A DNA stretch of 52,049 bases from Bacilli bacterium. GTDB taxonomy: Bacteria > Bacillota_I > Bacilli_A > RFN20 > CAG-826. The stretch covers positions 1-52,049 of the forward strand of contig JAFSPN010000030.1 of NCBI GenBank assembly GCA_017442875.1. The letters run 5' to 3'. The position numbers were made by a program, and so were the translations under genes. Positions 47,217-52,049 of this stretch are shown here, in pieces; the first letter of the stretch is position 1, and each line of letters starts with the position of its first letter. A model generated the notes under the pieces. That model saw only the letters and a list, made by a program, of their open reading frames with translations, did no database searches and was not told where the DNA came from.

Positions 47217-49829
47217 TTAATGAGCGGTTTTCAAGTAGTCCAAAGCATCGTTTGATAAATTTGAACCACCATTAGCGCGATAATATGTGGCTAAAGAATT
47301 AACGGATTCGTGTTTTTCTTCACCCAAGAAATAATATGTATCGTTAACTACGATGAAAGGAGCGGCACAAATAACGTCGCCATAGTAACCTGCTGGAATA
47401 CTAACTTTAATTGTGAATAAATAATTATCACCATCAAGATATGGAGCATCTCCAGAGCCTTTATGCTTAATTGTGACTGGTTTTGATGGATTGGATTCAA
47501 AAGCCGCTTTAACCGAGGAAACACCATAACCATTCAATGTTTCTTCCTTAAGGAACATCACACCATAATCAGTAATTTCCCAATCTGGATGTTCAATGTT
47601 GTTGTTAATTGCGTCCCAATCGGATTTTGCTATGGAGGCACCGAATCTAAGAACCACTCCATCTACTGAGCATGAACCTTCTGTGTAATCGACAGAAATG
47701 GCAGTGATTTTAATTTGACCATTTCCATCATTGCTGCTGTTCATTGTAATAGTCTGACTACTAGCATTGACAGACAATGCTGTATCACTAGTAATTGATG
47801 GCGTGAATGTAGGATTTTTGCTTGTACTAAAGGTCAATGTAATAGAATTGATAGTTACTCCAGCTCCGCCAGTAAATGTTATTGAGGCATCGCTTTCGTT
47901 TTTTGTTCCATAAACACGTATATCAGAACCATTCGACCAATAACTGGCTGTATTTCCGATTCCACTAAAACTAACAGTTATATTTGAATCAAGATTAAAA
48001 TTATCAAACACTGTGCCAATGCTTGATCCAGCAGACGCTGTCCAACCATTTGCTGTTGCCAACTCTGCTGAAGTCTTGGTGACTGTTACTTCATTAGCAA
48101 GATGTTCAGTTCCATGAATTGTTGCAACAGATGTAGCATGAGTTAAATATGAACCTGGGTTTGTAATTGCTTCAGATGTATATTTTGCATAAAGATTTAG
48201 ATTACTTGTGACTGGATCAGAATCATCAAATTCATCCGTTAAGTCTTGATTTGTATACCATCCTTCAAATGTATATGTATAAGAGGCATCGGCTGGCTTT
48301 GATGGATTAGCCGGCATTAAAACAGTATCGCCTTCATCAACTTCTTGGCTAGCAATAGAGTTGCCACCGTTGGTGTTAAATGTGACGATATAGTAATTTG
48401 TTTCATTATACTTTGCATAAACAGTTATGTTGCCATTAACAGGAGTAGATGATGTAAATCTATTTCCTTCTTCAAAGACAATATTGTTTGGATCGTCAAC
48501 TGTATACCATCCAGCGAATTCAAATTTCTTTTGGTTCACTGTATCCTTAACTTTTGTTGTTGTTGGTAATGTTTCAATGCATGTGCCTTTTTTGACATTA
48601 CCAATTGGACTTACTTCTGATCCGCCCAAACTATCAAAAGTAACAGTATATCTAGGTGCAGGAGTATATGTAACTAATTGGTTATCTTGTGCAAATTCGT
48701 ATGTTGAATTATATTTTGTGAGATTACCATGGACAACAACGGTTGCGCCAACTTCAATATCATCCTCGCTAGTGAATGCTTCGCCATTGAAACTCTTTCC
48801 TCTGTAAGCCTGGAATTGTTCTGATTCTGTTGAACCGTCTGAACTAATATTATAAGAAATGTTGCCATATTCGGAATTGTATGGAGTGACAATTTCAGAA
48901 ACAATACCTGTCACATATTTATCCGATAAATCGCTTCCTAAATCAATTTTATCCTTAGCTTCTTCAACCGTGTATGGGCTGGCTTTTGTTCCGGTGTGTT
49001 GAATATCAACTACTTGAATAGAAATATGAACATCGGCCGCAGTTGAGTAAGATGCGGTAATTGTTGCAGTTCCTCTTCCTTCGCCAGTTGCAGTAATTGA
49101 AGTTCCGGTTTCGGCACTAATAGAGACAACGTCGGAATCGCTTGTTGTCCAAGAAACGCTTCCGCTTCCACCGTTAGCTGTCGCGGTTAATAACTGCGTG
49201 CCATTCTTTGCAATCTTTGCGGATGTTGGACTAACGCTTAAAGATGGACCACTGTTTTGATAGTAGTAATCAATCTTAGAAACTTGAACAATCCCGTTTT
49301 TAGTATATGAGGCGCAATCAAATTCGGCTTTGTAATACTTATTTGCCGTTGGCGATGATATTGTGGCCGCTTGAGCGCCGGTTGCAACGGTGAAAGAACT
49401 TTCTAAGGCCCAAGAAGAGCCGTTAGTAGATGAATAGAGTTTGATAGAATTGACTTTTGAAGTGTCTAAAATGCTATCAATAGTCACAGCGACTTTTGTA
49501 ACTGCTACATCGATTGCGGCCGAAGTTGTTATCGTTGCAACTGAAGCGTTATTCTTTCTACCACACTTGATGTAATCCCATGCCTTAGCATAGTTATTAA
49601 AATTTGAAGTAGCAACAGAAAAGCCGTTAGCTGTATAGGTTGCAGGATCGGTGTAACTATTTACCGAATCTTCTGTGTTCGATGCCAAAAAAGTAATTGA
49701 CTTATAAACTTCTTCGCCAGCGCTTAATCCCGTCGCCGCTCTATTATTCGCAGCAACGCCAACACCTACACCTACAGCCATTGCTAAGCCAAGTGTTACG
49801 CCAATAAGTTTTGTGAATATTTTTTTCAT
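47217..49829 (-). CDS. Secreted multidomain surface protein (jelly-roll, Big_2, OB-like, two InlB B-repeats, jelly-roll, conserved C-terminal domain)
   Basis: Signal peptide, SD AAGGAG; GTKASPYTVEEA...YVTGIV OB-like start; two VTF...GG...F.GWY...YAKY repeats; C-terminus homologous to the nuclease. Confidence 0.8.
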   Translation of the reverse strand: MKKIFTKLIGVTLGLAMAVGVGVGVAANNRAATGLSAGEEVYKSITFLASNTEDSVNSYTDPATYTANGFSVATSNFNNYAKAWDYIKCGRKNNASVATITTSAAIDVAVTKVAVTIDSILDTSKVNSIKLYSSTNGSSWALESSFTVATGAQAATISSPTANKYYKAEFDCASYTKNGIVQVSKIDYYYQNSGPSLSVSPTSAKIAKNGTQLLTATANGGSGSVSWTTSDSDVVSISAETGTSITATGEGRGTATITASYSTAADVHISIQVVDIQHTGTKASPYTVEEAKDKIDLGSDLSDKYVTGIVSEIVTPYNSEYGNISYNISSDGSTESEQFQAYRGKSFNGEAFTSEDDIEVGATVVVHGNLTKYNSTYEFAQDNQLVTYTPAPRYTVTFDSLGGSEVSPIGNVKKGTCIETLPTTTKVKDTVNQKKFEFAGWYTVDDPNNIVFEEGNRFTSSTPVNGNITVYAKYNETNYYIVTFNTNGGNSIASQEVDEGDTVLMPANPSKPADASYTYTFEGWYTNQDLTDEFDDSDPVTSNLNLYAKYTSEAITNPGSYLTHATSVATIHGTEHLANEVTVTKTSAELATANGWTASAGSSIGTVFDNFNLDSNITVSFSGIGNTASYWSNGSDIRVYGTKNESDASITFTGGAGVTINSITLTFSTSKNPTFTPSITSDTALSVNASSQTITMNSSNDGNGQIKITAISVDYTEGSCSVDGVVLRFGASIAKSDWDAINNNIEHPDWEITDYGVMFLKEETLNGYGVSSVKAAFESNPSKPVTIKHKGSGDAPYLDGDNYLFTIKVSIPAGYYGDVICAAPFIVVNDTYYFLGEEKHESVNSLATYYRANGGSNLSNDALDYLKTAH

Positions 49830-49864
49830 AAATATTTCTCCTTATTTTTCTTTTCCTTTCTTTA

Positions 49865-49913
49865 AAAATTAGAAATGGGTATGAAGTCTTTGTTTGTTAC
49901 TTTCCATACCCAC
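49865..49913 (-). terminator. Riboswitch expression-platform terminator
   Basis: GUGGGUAUG...CAUACCCAU followed by UUCUAAUUUUU; the 5' arm GUGGGUA is complementary to the aptamer P1 3' strand UACUCAC. Confidence 0.8.
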
Positions 49914-49946
49914 CGAATAATAATTAAATACTAATTTATTATTTTG

Positions 49947-50009
49947 TGAGTAGTATAGCGGTAATGGGGCTATGTAGAGACGGCCAACCATACTATGACC
50001 ATATACTCA
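49947..50009 (-). ncRNA. Purine riboswitch aptamer, guanine-type core (U47/U51/C74)
   Basis: P1 UGAGUA/UACUCA; P2 GGUCA/UGGCC with loop UAGUAUGGU; J2/3 GUCUCUAC; P3 AUAGC/GCUAU with loop CCCAUUACC (UGG-CCA kissing); J3/1 AC. Confidence 0.85.
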
Positions 50010-50021
50010 ATTTCTTTGAAA

Positions 50022-50050
50022 ATTATAGTTGATTTACTTTTATATATCAA
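50022..50050 (-). promoter_or_regulatory. Sigma-A promoter upstream of the riboswitch
   Basis: TTGATA (50050-50045) - 17 bp - TATAAT (50027-50022). Confidence 0.8.
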
Positions 50051-50102
50051 TATAAATAAAAGAATTAACTAGATAAACTTACATATGTAAGAAGTTTGTT
50101 AT

Positions 50103-50134
50103 AAAAAAAGACCAAGATTGTTAGTCCTGGTCTT
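50103..50134 (-). terminator. Intrinsic terminator of the DUF2971 gene
   Basis: AAGACCAGGA...TCTTGGTCTTTTTTT on the minus strand. Confidence 0.7.
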
Positions 50135-51059
50135 ATATTTTTTCAGGAGTCAATCCGTACTCTCCATCTTTCTTCTTCATCTTGTATGTAGGAGCATCGG
50201 TCATCCTCTTGATTTTGTTCGTAAATGCGTCTGTAGCATTACATCCAACATACACCGCCTTAATTGGCGGCATCTCTAAAAGAAGCTTCTTTTTCCACTT
50301 TTTACCCACTTTCTTAATTTTAGGATCTAACTTTTTAATCGAATATACACATCTAATTTCTCCCTCGTATATCCAATCTTCAGATTTGGTCAGCAACGGT
50401 TTGTTCATGAAATCATATTCTTCGTTGTTGAAATCAATTTCTTCTCCAACAAATTCGTGCCCAAATAATATTTCTAGAGTGTCGTGTAATCTAAAATCAG
50501 GCATCTGTTTGCTATACTCAACAGTTTTAAAATCCTTGTCTTCTATTTCAAATTCTATACAAACTCCTTTGTGCATATTGGCATAGTGAGACCACATAAG
50601 AATTGAATCAAACGATGAGCCAAAACAAGAAATTACAACCCGCTTTCTAAGTTTGCTAAAAGAATCCTTCATAACTTGTTTGAACTCTTTCTTTAAAACA
50701 GGCATAGTTTTTCCAAGGTGTTTACATATCAATGGGCGACATGGTTTTAAATATGCTTGTAAAATGTACTTTTTAGTCTTTTTAATTTCAGAACCAGCCA
50801 CTGGTAAGTATTTTTTAAAAGTTTCAGCCAAAGACTTGAACCTCTTTGCTTTTAAATCGTGTCTTACAAAATAATCATACATTCCTTTAAACAATTGATA
50901 GTTTAAGAAAAGTTCAAATGAACGGCTGCTTTCTTCATCACTAACATTTCCCTCGCAGTCAAAAGGATCGTTGTATTTTAAAGGAATGTTTAGAAGAACA
51001 GAATTGTTTTTAATGGTGGCTAGCCCACCTTTTTCGTCTAGATATTTGTAAATAATCAT
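50133..51059 (-). CDS. DUF2971 domain protein
   Basis: IYKY, YNDPFD, SCF...LMWSHYANMHKGVCIEF, KSEDWIYEGEIR. Confidence 0.82.
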   Translation of the reverse strand: MIIYKYLDEKGGLATIKNNSVLLNIPLKYNDPFDCEGNVSDEESSRSFELFLNYQLFKGMYDYFVRHDLKAKRFKSLAETFKKYLPVAGSEIKKTKKYILQAYLKPCRPLICKHLGKTMPVLKKEFKQVMKDSFSKLRKRVVISCFGSSFDSILMWSHYANMHKGVCIEFEIEDKDFKTVEYSKQMPDFRLHDTLEILFGHEFVGEEIDFNNEEYDFMNKPLLTKSEDWIYEGEIRCVYSIKKLDPKIKKVGKKWKKKLLLEMPPIKAVYVGCNATDAFTNKIKRMTDAPTYKMKKKDGEYGLTPEKI

Positions 51060-51068
51060 ATTTTTAAA

Positions 51069-51110
51069 TCAGCAAAAACAGCAGATGCATGTATCGCTTT
51101 TTCTACCCAT
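51069..51110 (-). pseudogene. Possible 5' stub of a deleted HEPN (DUF86) toxin gene
   Basis: ATG overlapping the MNT stop gives MGRKSDTCICCFC*, at the position a HEPN partner normally occupies. Confidence 0.3.
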
Positions 51111-51675
51111 AGATCTTGATCCCATCTTTTAGAATCTCATTAACTAATTCAATGTTGCTTTCTAGTTCACTACTTCTAAGAAGGTCTACTTTTTTATGTA
51201 AGGTCTGCCTTATTTTTTCTATGAGGCCCACAAATCGCAAACCAGTTAAAGATGATGAGATATATAAATCTACATCACTGTTTTCTTTCGCTAACCCTTT
51301 AGCGTAACTACCAAACAAATAGCAAAAATCGATTGAATCAGAATATTCATTATCAAATAGTTCGGTTAATGTTTGCTTTATCCTTTCAATAGTGAGCAAA
51401 CCCTTTTCTTCAGTAATCTCATATTTGTCTTTCAATAGATTGATGAACATTGCGCGTTTAAAACCACTACCATATTGTTCATCTAGTTCATACCTTCTAA
51501 ATGTACGAACAGGAACGCCCACTATTGAAGCGGCTTCACTTTGCGATAGACCATAACAAATTCTAATTTCTTTCAGAGACATGGTATTTATCCTTGTCAA
51601 TATCCTATCATTTTTGTCCTCTTTAGTAAAGATATTGAGGCCATTTTGTCCTCTTATAATTTGTTCTAAGGTCAT
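51103..51675 (-). CDS. XRE-HTH fused to a minimal nucleotidyltransferase (MNT antitoxin-like)
   Basis: LKEIR...LSQSEAASIVGVPVRTFRRYE HTH; FGSYAKG...SDVDL and VDLL MNT motifs; start 51675 or 51582. Confidence 0.85.
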   Translation of the reverse strand: MTLEQIIRGQNGLNIFTKEDKNDRILTRINTMSLKEIRICYGLSQSEAASIVGVPVRTFRRYELDEQYGSGFKRAMFINLLKDKYEITEEKGLLTIERIKQTLTELFDNEYSDSIDFCYLFGSYAKGLAKENSDVDLYISSSLTGLRFVGLIEKIRQTLHKKVDLLRSSELESNIELVNEILKDGIKIYG

Positions 51676-51909
51676 TTTATTATTACCTCCTTTGGAAAAG
51701 TCCTTATACTTACTAACCGACGCTTTTGATAAATTGGCGAAATTGATGTCACACTACTATTCCTCGGACATCTCTTGCATTAATAATCATTATTTAATTA
51801 AATAATATTAGCGGAACAGTAGATGAAGAACGGACATAATTGCCGGCGCCACGTTCCGCTTTTTGTTTTTAAAAGAATCATTACAGAAATATAAAAACCC
51901 ATCTTTTCA

Positions 51910-52049
51910 TGAACTGAACCCATTTTAGTTCGCAGGGCAAAAAAGCCTCTTAGCGTAAAATAAACGTTAGGAGGTTTTTTGTATGGCTAAGAAAGGTCAA
52001 AAATTTAAGAAATATCCACCAGAAGTAAAAAAGATGATTGTTGATGAAT
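51910..52049 (+). mobile_element. Left end of a second IS3/IS150-type element (truncated by window)
   Basis: TGAACTGAACCCATTTT IR-like end; hairpin 51939-51980 sequestering the GGAGG SD. Confidence 0.75.
51983..52049 (+). CDS. IS3 transposase OrfA N-terminus (partial)
   Basis: MAKKGQKFKKYPPEVKKMIVDE after SD AGGAGG. Confidence 0.75.
   Translation, partial: MAKKGQKFKKYPPEVKKMIVDE

Noticed and set aside
909-51805. Numerous 60-135 aa ORFs antisense to or nested in the long genes
   Set aside because: They are shadow frames of well-supported genes, with no SD, no motifs and atypical composition.
51810-51860. c-di-GMP, ZTP, fluoride or T-box riboswitch
   Set aside because: Diagnostic conserved motifs of these classes were not found on either strand; kept only as an unassigned structure.
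1-52049. CRISPR array, tRNA or rRNA genes
   Set aside because: No regularly spaced 25-45 bp repeats with unique spacers, no cloverleaf, and no rRNA-like GC-rich segment were seen by eye.
1-52049. Mycoplasma-type genetic code (TGA=Trp)
   Set aside because: Long ORFs are intact under code 11, Trp is TGG, and TGA ends genes (for example at 32927 and 33573).

Overview
AT-rich bacterial chromosome segment, standard code (TGA used as stop). It is lipoprotein-rich and looks like a gut/rumen Bacillota (Bacilli-like) genome; the taxonomy is inference. (1) 1-24.5 kb: a large mannoside/beta-mannan-type utilisation locus, mostly on the minus strand. It encodes a LacI regulator, two GH130 enzymes, an ABC importer with an unusually long MsmX-type ATPase, a clan GH-A lipoprotein hydrolase, two large CBM-repeat lipoproteins, three SGNH-type esterases, Pgm, ManA and a NUDIX protein. 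(2) A complete IS3/IS150-type element inserted in a terminator with an 8-bp target duplication. (3) A Fic gene, then a lipid operon: PlsC-like, adenylation-ACP didomain, GPH-type MFS, PlsC. (4) A hybrid histidine kinase / REC-EAL / Hpt phosphorelay, PrsW, a membrane EAL protein, a second Fic and a third PlsC-like gene. (5) The most interesting block, 44.1-50.1 kb: two secreted multidomain proteins, one an endonuclease I. They share a conserved C-terminal domain, and each is followed by a homologous unannotated acidic micropeptide with a lasso-leader-like pattern. The upstream unit is controlled by a guanine-type purine riboswitch with a complete terminator/antiterminator. (6) DUF2971, an XRE-MNT gene lacking its HEPN partner, and the start of a second IS3-family element. 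No tRNA, rRNA or CRISPR array was seen.
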